Positions 1 to 10,100 of a stretch of DNA of 50,022 nt are shown here, piece after piece. The translations under genes were made by a program, and so were the position numbers. The notes beneath the pieces were generated by a model, which ran no database searches, was not told the origin of the DNA, and worked only from the letters and a program-made list of their open reading frames with translations. Numbering within the stretch: position 1 is the first letter of the stretch; the number at the start of each line of letters is the position of its first letter. Origin of the DNA: Chrysochromulina tobinii (taxonomy: Eukaryota); assembly GCA_001275005.1 (NCBI GenBank), contig JWZX01003351.1, forward strand, positions 1 through 50,022, in the 5' to 3' direction.

Positions 1-1016
1 GACCTCCATGGCCAACACCTCGGCCTCAGTCATCCTCAACACCTCGGCCACCGTGGCAGGGGGCGCGGCGGCCTTGGGCGGTGAAGACGGCGTCGGGGCT
101 TGTGCGGGGCGAGCAGAACGCTTGTTCGGGCTCCCGGGGGGTGGCGGCTCCTCCCGGGGCTGGCGCGGTGGCGACGAGGGGCGCGGTGGGCTCGTGGCGA
201 TGGCGGCGACCGGAATCGACGCGTCCCATTTCTCGATGGCACGTTCCCCATAGTATTCAACGAAGGCGTCGAATGTGTACGGCTTGCCGTTGCTGTCGAG
301 GCGCATCTCGCCAGAGCGGTCGTCGATCGAAGTCGTCGCGCCCTCAAGGTCCTCGAGCGCGGCGCCCGTGTTGACGGCCGCGGCGGGGTGATCGCCAGGG
401 TTGCACGATGCAGCGAGCTCAGCGCCGTGCTGGCGACCTTGTTGAGTAGGTTGAGGTGCTGCCCTTTGACACGTACGGTGGCGAAGGGCAGGATGGTAGG
501 CGCACTCGGCGATGTTGGCGAGTCTGGCGCGGCGAATGCGCGCGGTGGGCGCACGGAGGTGGGCGGGCCGACTCTGCCGGCCCATGTGGTGGCTCTCGCT
601 GGATCGACGGGCGTAGAGGTTTGTGGCGCAGCCACGATCGGCCGAGCAGGGGAGAGTGACATGCGCAACTGCAATCCACTCGGGAATTGCAGGGCAAAGT
701 TGGGTGTGATGGCGCCGGCCTTGCAATATTCGGCGAGGGTGGTGAAGAAGGCTTCAATGGTTGCAGGTTCGGCGCATTGAAACAATCCACAGGGCGGGCG
801 CGTTGCCGCCGATGTCTGGTAACACTCCGAGATCGTAGAAGGAGGAGCATCGAGCATGGGTGAGTCTCCCGGCGCGGCGGAAGCGCGCGCTCCGGTGGGC
901 GCGAGACCGGAGTCCGCGATGAGGAGGCCAGGCGGTGCGAGCACCGGCGGCATGGATTCGGAAAGGGCTGTCGTGTCGGGGCGCGCGAGCGCCGCCGACG
1001 TCGTCTCTCGCATCAT
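1..1016 (-). CDS. Hypothetical protein, 3' end runs off the window; needs a short intron (candidate 430-476) or a frameshift
   Basis: The ORF from ATG 1016 reads as protein up to about 477. Below about 430 another stop-free frame encodes SGEMRLDSNGKPYTFDAFVEYYGERAIEKWDA plus a Pro-rich tail to the window edge. A GTACGT...CCAG intron at 476-430 (47 nt) joins the two frames. Confidence 0.5.
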
Positions 1017-1133
1017 TATTCACAGTACACGTGTATGTGTTAAACTTGCCCTCCTCAACTTCCAATGTTGGTGTGATGTGAATAGTTGGCGACAAGATGA
1101 TGCAAAGGTCGGGACCCGAAGTGGCGCTTTGCT

Positions 1134-2583
1134 ATGTGCATCCGCGCGGTGACGCTCGCGACGCTCGTGAGCGCGCTCGCGGCGGGGGAGGAAGTTAAAG
1201 GCCGCGGCACCTCGATCGATGATGGCCCCAAGTTCAACGTGCAGCTGCTCAATGGCGCACTCCGGCGGCCGCCGGCTGGGCGCAGCATCGTGATGACCAA
1301 GAAAAACGGCAAGCGCTATCGCTGCCACCTGCCGAGCACGAGCACGAGCGGCGCCGCGGAGGAGACGAGCGGGACCCCGCCATCGACACCGCCGTTGACC
1401 AGCTACTTGCAACAGCTCAAGAACACGTGCTTCTACCGGCTCGAGGGCTGGTGGACGTACGAGTTCTGCTACCGCCAGAGCTTTCGGCAGTACCACCAGG
1501 AGAATGGGAAGGACAAGGCGGAGAACAAGATCACGCAAGACTACACGCTCGGCGAATGGTGGGTCGCCAAAAAGGGCGACGAAGACGGCGAGGACAGCGA
1601 GGACGCTGCCGCCGGCAGGAGCATCACGGGCGGTAGCAGTGGCGGCAGCGGCGGCGCGGCCGGCACGGCGACGGTGGCGGTGGAGAAGCTCGGCGAGGAC
1701 CCGAAGACGCGCAAACGTTTCTGGAGCCAGCTCGTACGGCAACGGCACCCACTGCGACATCACAGGCCGCCCGCGCGAGACCGAGGTGCGGGTGCGCTGC
1801 TCGGGCGGCGAGCCTTCCCACATCGCGTCGGTCGAGGAGGTGTCCACGTGCCGGTACGTCGTGTACTTTGCTACGCCGCTGCTGTGCAAGCACCCGGCCT
1901 TCGCGGCTGAGGAGAACTCCAAGGACGACTCCCACGCAATCCAGTGCGAGCCACTCGGCCTCGACGGCGTGCCGCTGCCAGCTCCCAAGAAGAGCGAAGG
2001 AGGGCTGAGGGTCGTCTCCGAATCGGTGCTGACGAGCAGCGCGGGCGCGGTGGCAGCCACCGCCGCGCCGGCGCCGGCACCCGCGCCCGACCCGAAACTC
2101 CGCCGGTACGGGCTGGGTACGTGCTTGCTACACATGCGCTACAACTATCGCGGCATCGTCATCGGGTACGATACGCGCTGCATGCAGTCGGAGGCGTGGA
2201 TCCGCGCCAACGCCATCGACACGCTGAAGCACGGGCGCAACCAGCCATTCTACCACGTGCTCGCGGACTCGCGTGATCGGCCGGGCGCGCCCGTCAATTA
2301 CGTTGCCCAAGAGCTGCTCGACCTTGACACGCCGCCCGAGCCGCTGCAGCACCCGCTCCTCGAGCAGTACTTCGCGAGCTTCGACCAGCCTAGAGGCCGC
2401 TTCGTGCCGAGCAGCGCGCTGCGCGAGGTGTACGGCGAGCCGCTGGAAGTCTTCGACGGCAGTGAAACGGCGACGGATGCGCTGGACGAGGCTGGCCCCG
2501 ACCCCAGCCCGGGAACTGACAAAGACGTTGGGGTTCCACTCGACGAGGACGGCAAACCGTTGCTGATCAACGACCCCCCCTGA
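1134..2583 (+). CDS. OS-9/erlectin-like ER lectin (signal peptide, MRH/PRKCSH domain) fused to a C-terminal YccV/HspQ-like domain; one +1 frame break near 1731-1734
   Basis: Hydrophobic leader; CFYRLEGWWTYEFCY...QYH and, in the next frame, YGNGTHCDITGRPRETEVRVRC...IASVEEVSTCRYVVYFATPLLC (OS-9 MRH). Then HMRYNYRGIVIGYD...RNQPFYHVLAD...YVAQELL...HPLLEQYF (YccV-like). Confidence 0.85.
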
Positions 2584-2683
2584 CGAGCCTGCTGAGCCGG
2601 AGAGCCGCAGCTGTGAAAAGGTGCCCAAAACGACGCGGCTGGCCCCCTACCCCTGACGAGCCTGCTGAGCGGGAGAGCCGCAG
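2577..2683 (+). repeat. 34-nt direct repeat (2577-2610 and 2650-2683, one mismatch) spanning the OS-9 stop codon
   Basis: cccctgacgagcctgctgagc[c/g]ggagagccgcag occurs twice, 73 nt apart. Confidence 0.9.
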
Positions 2684-3112
2684 TCACGAGTCATGCACAA
2701 GCGCGCGCCTTGGCCAACGGTTCGCGACTTGCGCGATGTGTTGATCGGCCCTCCTCACGACTCGCGCGCGGTGCCGTGTGCGGATCGATACGACTCGAGT
2801 TTGTCGCGATCGCGACCCAGGACGCCAGGGAGCGTTTACGTAGTGTTAGTGTCATTAAACGCTTCAGAAGCTTCAAGCGCTAACAAACGGATCGTCGTCG
2901 GCGCGGCGGTGTCGCTGTCGGCACACACGTGCGCGTCCCGGAAACCTGTAACTGACCTCGTGCGTGACTACGCGTCTAGCTGTCTACATGTACGGTATGA
3001 CTCGAGCTGCTCAGCGACGTCGCTCCCGCGCCGCACGTCGTCGAGCGAGTCTGTGTGTGGAATCCTGATCTCTGCGGCGAGCCCGAACCGTTCAAAACCA
3101 TCAGCTGCGTCG

Positions 3113-3940
3113 TCACAGCTCGTCGTGCGCGGATGGCTTGCTTTGCCACTTCGGACCCAGGGAGCGCGCGGAGACGGCGGCCTTGCCGTCGAACGGGGCC
3201 GGCGGCGGTGGCGGATCGGTTACGATGCGGGAGGTTGGCCCTGTCGGCGACGGGCCCGCAAGTTTCTCCTGTTCCTTGTCGCTGTGTGCATAGAAGAAGT
3301 TGACGGCAACAGCTTCCAGGCCGCCCTCGACCGCGCGAAGGAAGCCGCGCAAGTTGAAGTTTTCGCGTGTGGTGAGCAGGTAGTCCTGGATCACGCTGCC
3401 CGGCGGCGGCTTCACCTGGCGGAAGAGGATGAAAATGTAGCGGTGATCCATAGCTGGGTTGTCATTCAGAATGCCGTCGGTGCTGCGCGGACCGTTGTAC
3501 GGGATCGAGTGATAGCACTTCTCATCGTTCTTTGAAGTGGACTGGGCGCAGTTGAGCGCGAACCAGTGCAAAATCGGACCCTTTTCGCCATCGGCACTGC
3601 CGTCGCCGGCAGCACGCTTCGGCTCATCCGGCGCGAGAAGCATTACCGCGTAGCGGTCCTGGTGTGCGCCAAATTTGGTGGGTTCCCACTCCACCAGCGG
3701 CCGCTCGTTGAGCGCGACGTCGCTCCGCGTCGAAATGCGTGAGTCCGAGCCGCTCACGTAATATTTTGCACCGAAGCCACCCTTCTTGTACTTGACCTCC
3801 AAGCGCGGCAGACCCTTCGGCAGCCCCAGCGCGCCGATGTACGCGTCAGCATCGTCGAGGGACGTGTCGTAGGTGCTGCGTTGCGCTGCCGCCGCCGCCA
3901 TGAGCGCGAGCGCGATCCACACGCGCGATCCTAACGCCAT
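3113..3940 (-). CDS. Phosphatidylethanolamine-binding protein (PEBP/RKIP family) with signal peptide and C-terminal HDEL
   Basis: Leader MALGSRVWIALALMAAAAA; PEBP motifs YAVMLLAPDEP, ILHWF, IPYNGP, HRYIFILFRQ, RENFNLRGF; ends SAHDEL*. ATG 3940 is preferred over the upstream ORF extension. Confidence 0.85.
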   Translation of the reverse strand: MALGSRVWIALALMAAAAAQRSTYDTSLDDADAYIGALGLPKGLPRLEVKYKKGGFGAKYYVSGSDSRISTRSDVALNERPLVEWEPTKFGAHQDRYAVMLLAPDEPKRAAGDGSADGEKGPILHWFALNCAQSTSKNDEKCYHSIPYNGPRSTDGILNDNPAMDHRYIFILFRQVKPPPGSVIQDYLLTTRENFNLRGFLRAVEGGLEAVAVNFFYAHSDKEQEKLAGPSPTGPTSRIVTDPPPPPAPFDGKAAVSARSLGPKWQSKPSAHDEL

Positions 3941-4094
3941 TGATCGTCGGGTGGCTGTGAAAGAACTACTGAACATACGCCTTTCTATAAACTCGGATCT
4001 GTTCAGTAAGGAATTCAAATCCGTTCCGGTTGCGTGTGTCCGGCTCCACACCCGGGTGCCTTGATCGTGCGGTATAAAATTTCGCCGCATAATT

Positions 4095-6902
4095 ATGCGG
4101 CTCGTCAGCACATTACTCTACAGGCTCCCCATGCTAGCTGCCGCCGCATCAAGCAAACATTGCTCCTCCTCGTGGCGCGGTCCGAAATCCTCATGGCTCG
4201 GAGATACCATCCTCGATACCACCATCTTCGGAAGATTGGGTTCGTGCAGCCTGCTGCTGACCCAGCCACCGTGCTCCTCGCTCGCGGTGCTGCACATCAC
4301 ATTGCGCGGCCACGGCACTCGCGCTCTGTCCGCGACCACGCTCCACCGCATTGGCCAAGGCATGCAGCGTTGCCGATGTGACCAGATCGTCTGCATCGTC
4401 AAGATGACGGAGAGCCGTGGCGCCTCTGTCCTTGCACTGCCTGCCATCGCCCAGTTTATCATCGTGCATGGTGGGCGAATGCGCCCGATCATGGTCGTCG
4501 AGGCCGATGGACTGGCACTCACAGCAGTTCGAATCATCAAGCGCCTGGCTGCTCTTGATCAGCGCATACGCTGCTATCGCACGCAAGCAGAGTTCGAGGC
4601 CGCTTGCTCAACCTCGTCGGAAGAACATCATCGCCATGCTCTGAGTGTCGCTCGCCTCGCGAGTCGAAGGCACGAGAGCGGCGGCAGCCTGAGTTTGCAG
4701 TGGCGTGGACCATGCAGCGAGCAGTTTCTCGCTCTCTCCCAGAAGCTTCGTGACTCGTTGGCCAGGTTGCGCGGCGGCGCCTTGGCGACGGGCGCCGTCC
4801 TGGGCATGCACGTGGCGTCAGGCGCCGTCCTGGGCATGCACGTGGCGCCAGGCGCCGGCCGGGCGGTGGCACGTGTGCGTGCCAACTCTGCACGGCCCAT
4901 CATGGCCACCCTCTGTCCTCCTCCCACGCCAGTGCACGTGCACATTGACGGCGCTTGGTACGATCTGAGCTCATTTGCGCATCCTGGCGGCACCGACCTG
5001 ATTGCACGCCACAATGGCACCGACATCTCTTATCTCTTCTACTCGAACCACTTTGATCCCCTGGAGGCTGCGCGCCGTCTGCGGCCGTTCAAGATGGCGA
5101 AGGCACCAAACGATGCGCCCTCACTCCTGTTGCCCACCTCGGAGCCTTGCTCGGACCTCTACCTGGAGCTCAAGCGGCGCGTCACTGATGAGCTGGCTCG
5201 GCTCGGTGTCAACTGGCGTCACCAATTCAGCGCTGCACCGTACGCGGCGCGTCTCGCGTGTCTGGTGGCGTGCCTCGCCTCGCGCCGCCTCGGCTGGCCG
5301 GGTGCGGTCTCGCTCATCTCGGCGCTCGCGTACGGCCTGCTTACGGGGCGGCAGACTTGGACTCACGCGCACAACGGCGTGCACAACCCGAACGCCATCC
5401 CACGCCCCTTGAAGCGTCTGATGGCGCTGGACTTTGTGGGTGTGGTCGACGCGTGGATGATGGAGCATCACGCTCACCACGCGCACACCAATGACGCCGC
5501 GCAGGATCCGGACGTGAGATGGTGGATGCCTCTCTTCTCATACGCCGACATCCATGCCAGTGGCGGCTCCCCGCGCACCGCGTTGTTCGCCGCGCTCGCG
5601 TATCCGCTCCTTGTGCCGGTGATGCTCGTCCGGTCGCTCCTCCATGCGATCTCGTTTGATCCCAAGGGGCGCGCCACTGTAGCGTACGTGCTGGCTGTCG
5701 CACCACTGCGCTTCGGTCTCGACATCGCTCTGCTCGGAACGCGCTATTTTCCGCTAGCCCTCGGTGCCGCGACGGCCTACATCGTAGGCACCTTCGTGGC
5801 CACGCACCAGCTCGCGTCCAACTACGCACCTGCAGCTCGCAAGATGGCGACGACGGCCATGGAGGAGGAGGAGGACGAGGCCACACGCCCCGCGACGGCC
5901 GAGCCGCCGCCGGTGGAGTGCTGGATGACGAAACAGCTTCGCGCGACCAATAATGTGCTTGCAGGGCACAGCGCATGGTCCGCCTTCTGTGGCGGCATCA
6001 ATAACCACATTGAGCATCATCTCTTCCCAATGGTCTCGAGTCAGGCGTTGAGCCACGTCGTGCCGGTGGTGCGTGAGTTTGCAAGGGAGCGCGGGCTGCC
6101 CTACCAGAGCTTCACGCCGCTCGAGCTAGCGAGTGAGCATGTACGCTTCGTCGCGGGACGCTCACCCCGCCGCCGCACAGTACGCTCTTCTCGCCAAGAG
6201 CGCACGCCTACCATGCTGCTACGGCCGGATAGCGCCCACGACGGCGCGATGTTGCCCTCAACGCCGGTACGGTGGTCCCAGCCCTTGCATCGGCGTCTGG
6301 CCTCGCTAGGGCTCGCCAGCGTGGGCCTGTGGCACCTAGGCAATAGCCTGCGACCGACGCGCACGCACGCGGCCATCCCCTCGATTTCCGAGTATGACGC
6401 CGTCCAGTATAAGAAGACCAAGACGGCAGCACCGCCGCCCAGCGACGCCATGGCGGGCGAGCCTCTCGCGCCCGCAGAAGGGCTCGCGCTCCTGAACAGC
6501 GGGCTGGCGCGCGCGGCGCAGCTGCTCGATGCTGGTGATCTCGAGGCCGTGCGTGCAGAGCTACATGAGCCTGCATTTGCGCGATTCCTCGGCTTCAAAC
6601 CTGTCGTGCGAGGCAACGCGGCCAATCTCAAGCCATCGGCAGGCCTCGCCACGGCAGGTGTGAGTACGGTCGCGCTTGAGGAGCTGCTGCTAGCGCTCAA
6701 GAGGCTCGACGACTTCTGCCTCTCGAATCGCGTCCTCGTCTTCAACGCCGAGGACGCCGAGCAGGTGAAGAGGCTGATGACGGCATCGGGCACGGATGGT
6801 GGGGTGGGCGGCAAGGTCGACTTGGAAGAGGGCCGCGCCCTATTGGCGGAGGTGCGCGAGCAGGTAGAAGTGGTGCTGAGGGACTTGGGGCGTGGTGTCT
6901 GA
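4095..6902 (+). CDS. 935-aa three-part ORF: unknown alpha/beta N-terminal domain, cytochrome-b5-fused fatty acid desaturase (about 4902-6160), putative thylakoid-lumen helical protein (about 6213-6902)
   Basis: HIDGAWYDLSSFAHPGG (cyt b5); His boxes HNGVH, HHAHH, HIEHHLFP; hydrophobic TM stretches. The C-terminal part starts with RR + hydrophobic stretch + THA|A, a Tat-like motif. Confidence 0.8.
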   Translation: MRLVSTLLYRLPMLAAAASSKHCSSSWRGPKSSWLGDTILDTTIFGRLGSCSLLLTQPPCSSLAVLHITLRGHGTRALSATTLHRIGQGMQRCRCDQIVCIVKMTESRGASVLALPAIAQFIIVHGGRMRPIMVVEADGLALTAVRIIKRLAALDQRIRCYRTQAEFEAACSTSSEEHHRHALSVARLASRRHESGGSLSLQWRGPCSEQFLALSQKLRDSLARLRGGALATGAVLGMHVASGAVLGMHVAPGAGRAVARVRANSARPIMATLCPPPTPVHVHIDGAWYDLSSFAHPGGTDLIARHNGTDISYLFYSNHFDPLEAARRLRPFKMAKAPNDAPSLLLPTSEPCSDLYLELKRRVTDELARLGVNWRHQFSAAPYAARLACLVACLASRRLGWPGAVSLISALAYGLLTGRQTWTHAHNGVHNPNAIPRPLKRLMALDFVGVVDAWMMEHHAHHAHTNDAAQDPDVRWWMPLFSYADIHASGGSPRTALFAALAYPLLVPVMLVRSLLHAISFDPKGRATVAYVLAVAPLRFGLDIALLGTRYFPLALGAATAYIVGTFVATHQLASNYAPAARKMATTAMEEEEDEATRPATAEPPPVECWMTKQLRATNNVLAGHSAWSAFCGGINNHIEHHLFPMVSSQALSHVVPVVREFARERGLPYQSFTPLELASEHVRFVAGRSPRRRTVRSSRQERTPTMLLRPDSAHDGAMLPSTPVRWSQPLHRRLASLGLASVGLWHLGNSLRPTRTHAAIPSISEYDAVQYKKTKTAAPPPSDAMAGEPLAPAEGLALLNSGLARAAQLLDAGDLEAVRAELHEPAFARFLGFKPVVRGNAANLKPSAGLATAGVSTVALEELLLALKRLDDFCLSNRVLVFNAEDAEQVKRLMTASGTDGGVGGKVDLEEGRALLAEVREQVEVVLRDLGRGV
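4791..4856 (+). repeat. In-frame 30-nt tandem duplication (GAVLGMHVAS/P twice)
   Basis: ggcgccgtcctgggcatgcacgtggcg[t/c]ca twice, then ggcgcc. Confidence 0.95.
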
Positions 6903-7186
6903 GCGGAGCACCGAGCAGGTGTACGGACGGAACGGTGGCTCTAGTGGCCACAAACTTGATGAACAGTCGCCATTCCTATTTTGTAACAGAGTGGCCTCCA
7001 ACAAAGCCAAGACAATCTGCGATGCAAATGCATCGAGGTGCTTGCATTCTCTTGCACATGAGAATAGCACGACTCGTCACAAAAGCACCCACACACAAAG
7101 TTGAGCTGCGCGAGCGATTTGTGCCGACGGCGACGTGTCCGACGTGTCCTCGGCGACGCGACCTCGACGACTTGCGCCTGGCCTAA

Positions 7187-10100
7187 ATGGAATATGGTGT
7201 GCCACCTAGCGTGGCTGCAGCCTTCTCTCTTGCTGAAGTGAGCTGCGTCGAGGCACGGGCAACGGAGAAATATGGTGTTGGGCTGTTTGTGGCAGCATCC
7301 GAGGTGCCATCTGGCACGACGCTCGTCTCAAGCAGGCTTTCTTCGTGCATTTTGGCATCCGACTTGCGCGGCGAGCTCCATGAGCATTTGGCTCCGGATG
7401 ACATGTATGGCCGAACGTTGGCCGCGTTGATACAGTTGGCAACGGCGCACGAGAGCGGCCAGGCAACTGACCTCCGAGCAGCCTACTTCTTGGAAGCGGC
7501 TCCACTTTCGGCGATGACAATGCTACAGGCGTGGCCAACCGACTGCGATGCTGCACGGCGCATTGTAAATTCGGTCGCGTGGGTGCGCTCGCGCATGCTA
7601 CGTGCGTCGATGGAGCGCGAACATCGCGCTCTCGCGGCTATCGATGCCAGCGTAACATTCGAGCGCTATTTATGGGCGCAGCTTGTGATGCTCAGTCGTG
7701 CCCATGCCCCATGCGCCTCCAGAGCAGGCCATGCGCTCGTGCCACTGGTCGACCTAGGCAACCATCGATCCACAGGCGCGAACGCCAAGTACGTTGTGAC
7801 CGAGAGCACTGTCTCGCTGGTCGCGGTTCACACGCTGAGCCAAGGTGACGAGGTGACCGTCTCTTATGATCCGGATGCCGATTATGCCGACCTTTTCGAA
7901 CGCTACGGCTTTTTTGATGAGAGCAGCGTGCTGCATACGGCTGAGATCGTCGTTCCAACGGAGTCGTTGGCCTGCAAGGAGGGCGACGTGACCGGCGCCG
8001 AGATGGTGTCGGCCATCATGGCCTATGGCTGTGATTCGTCACAGCAGATGGGTTGGTGGTGGATTCCCGATGAGCGGCTGGACGCGTGCCCGTTGCTCGC
8101 GGCCTTGCGAGTGAGTCTCACACAGGAGAGCGAGCGTGGCACGTGGACGACGAAGGCGGGGCGCGAAGAGTGGATGGTGAGCGGCACGCCTATCCAAGCA
8201 GAGGCCGAGGCTCGAGCTCGGCTTGCTGCTCTCATCCGCGAGCACCTCGACAGTTATTCGAGGAGCTCTTTGGCGGAAGACACGGTGGCGTTGGCTGCAG
8301 TCCGTCAGAATGTGCCACGGCCATGGGGTATGGACACCGTGCGAGAGGAGCTCGCGCTGCGCTTTGCCATCTTCGAGCGAGGTCTGCTTCTGAAAGCGCT
8401 CGACGTGTTGGCACATCTGCCGGCCGGCCCGTCGATCGTCCCACCGGCGATGGTGGTGCCGGAGCTGCAAGCTCCACCACCATCGCCTCCTCCTCCTCAG
8501 ACAGCTCCAGCCATAGATGCGCTGCCGCCCGCCAAAACACCGCGGCCTCAAGAGCTGGCGTATGCATACTACATCAACATGGATTGCATGCCCCATCGGC
8601 GACGGCGTATGGATTCGATGCTCTCGCGTCATAGCTTGTCGCCGCGCCGCGTGCAAGCGATCACGCCGCGTGACTCGACCTTCGGAGCGAATGCGGCGCG
8701 CCTCGCACGGTGTGCTGTGGCTCCAGCAGACGGTCACGCGACGCGTGTGGCGCCCCCGCTGCTCGCTAACATGCTCTCTCACGTCGCTGTCTGGCGGATG
8801 GTCGCCGAACGCGCCGATGACGAGCCGCTCGCTCTCGTGCTTGAAGATGATGTGATGCTGCTACGCGCGTGGCGCTCGGAGCTCAATCGCATCCTGCGCA
8901 TGCTACCAGCCGATTGGGATGTCTTCATGCTCGACTCATTGCCAGTGCGCAGTGAGTGGTACTACAGCTTCGACTGCGCCACTGCCCCACCCTTACCAGT
9001 GCTGGCTGAGCCCCCAACGCTCTACTTGGATGCGTATGTGCTCACGCCGGCTGCTGCCCGCTGGCTGCTGGAGCGGCACGTCTTGTACCCAGGCGCTCCA
9101 GGGGAGGACTTGATGGTTGACCTCCAGCGCCAGCGCGGCCGTGTGTGGCACACACACCCGAAGAAGCTAGCCATACAAACGTGGCATGAGAGCGGCATCA
9201 GCGGACCGGGATTTGCGAGGACGATGGGGCAGGTCTACTCGGAGTACTTCACACGCATCCCAAAGAGCTTGTACGATGACGACGACGAGGAGGAGGGCGG
9301 AAGTTGCGACGGCGAGGGCCTTGGCGGCCTCTGCGGCTCTTTGGTGGGCGCGAGGGCCGGAGGAGGAGGTGGTGGTGGTGGTGGAGGAGGAGGAGCTGCC
9401 ACTTATCCTGACCACCACTTCTCCCAACTACGAGCCATGCTATAAGCTCTTTCACAGCAGCCTCGTGGAGGCGGGCTACCCGAGCTCGAGGCTGCGCGTC
9501 CAGCTTCTCGAGCTGAAACCGCCCTTTGGCGTTGGCACGCCCTCATGGCACGAAGCCATCGGGCGATCGTTGGACTTTGTCTTCCGGCACATGGGTGGTA
9601 GCGAGCGTCATCCAGCCGGTGGGAGTAGTGGCAGCATGGACGAAGATGTGGGGGTGAACGGCACGTTTGAGGTGGACGGCACGGCAGATCGGTTCGTGAT
9701 CAAGTCGGATGCCGACATACAATTCTTTGCGCCCTGCACGGCGGCCATTCGTCGCTGGTGTGTCCGCATGCGGTCCGAGGGCCTCGACTTGATGCTGATG
9801 CGAGAAGCCGACCGTGAGGCAGTCAATGGCGGCATCTACCTCATTCGCTGCAGCGCGAGGATGCGGCGCTTCTACGCGGAACTCATTCGTCGCTCGCAGA
9901 CGAACCCCGGGGCGCTGCACGACCAGGAACATCTGAACGCGATGCTCGGATTGGACGGCAGTTTCCATATTGGGCCATGGGATCCGGAGGTGCGCTTCAA
10001 GATTCTGCCCGACGAGGATTACATTTGGGCGCAGAACCTGCGTTCAAAAGACCTGCGTCGCGTCTCTTTCCATCATGCGGTGGCTGAGATGGGAGTGCCT

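Noticed and set aside
418..437. Ultra-short 20-nt GT-AG intron (and a 22-nt one at 42884-42905)
   Set aside because: Both restore the frame, but longer alternatives with better donors (47 and 43 nt) or indel errors explain them; confident introns here exceed 80 nt.
2693..3535. 280-aa plus-strand ORF
   Set aside because: About half is antisense to the PEBP gene and the rest is spacer; no protein motifs.
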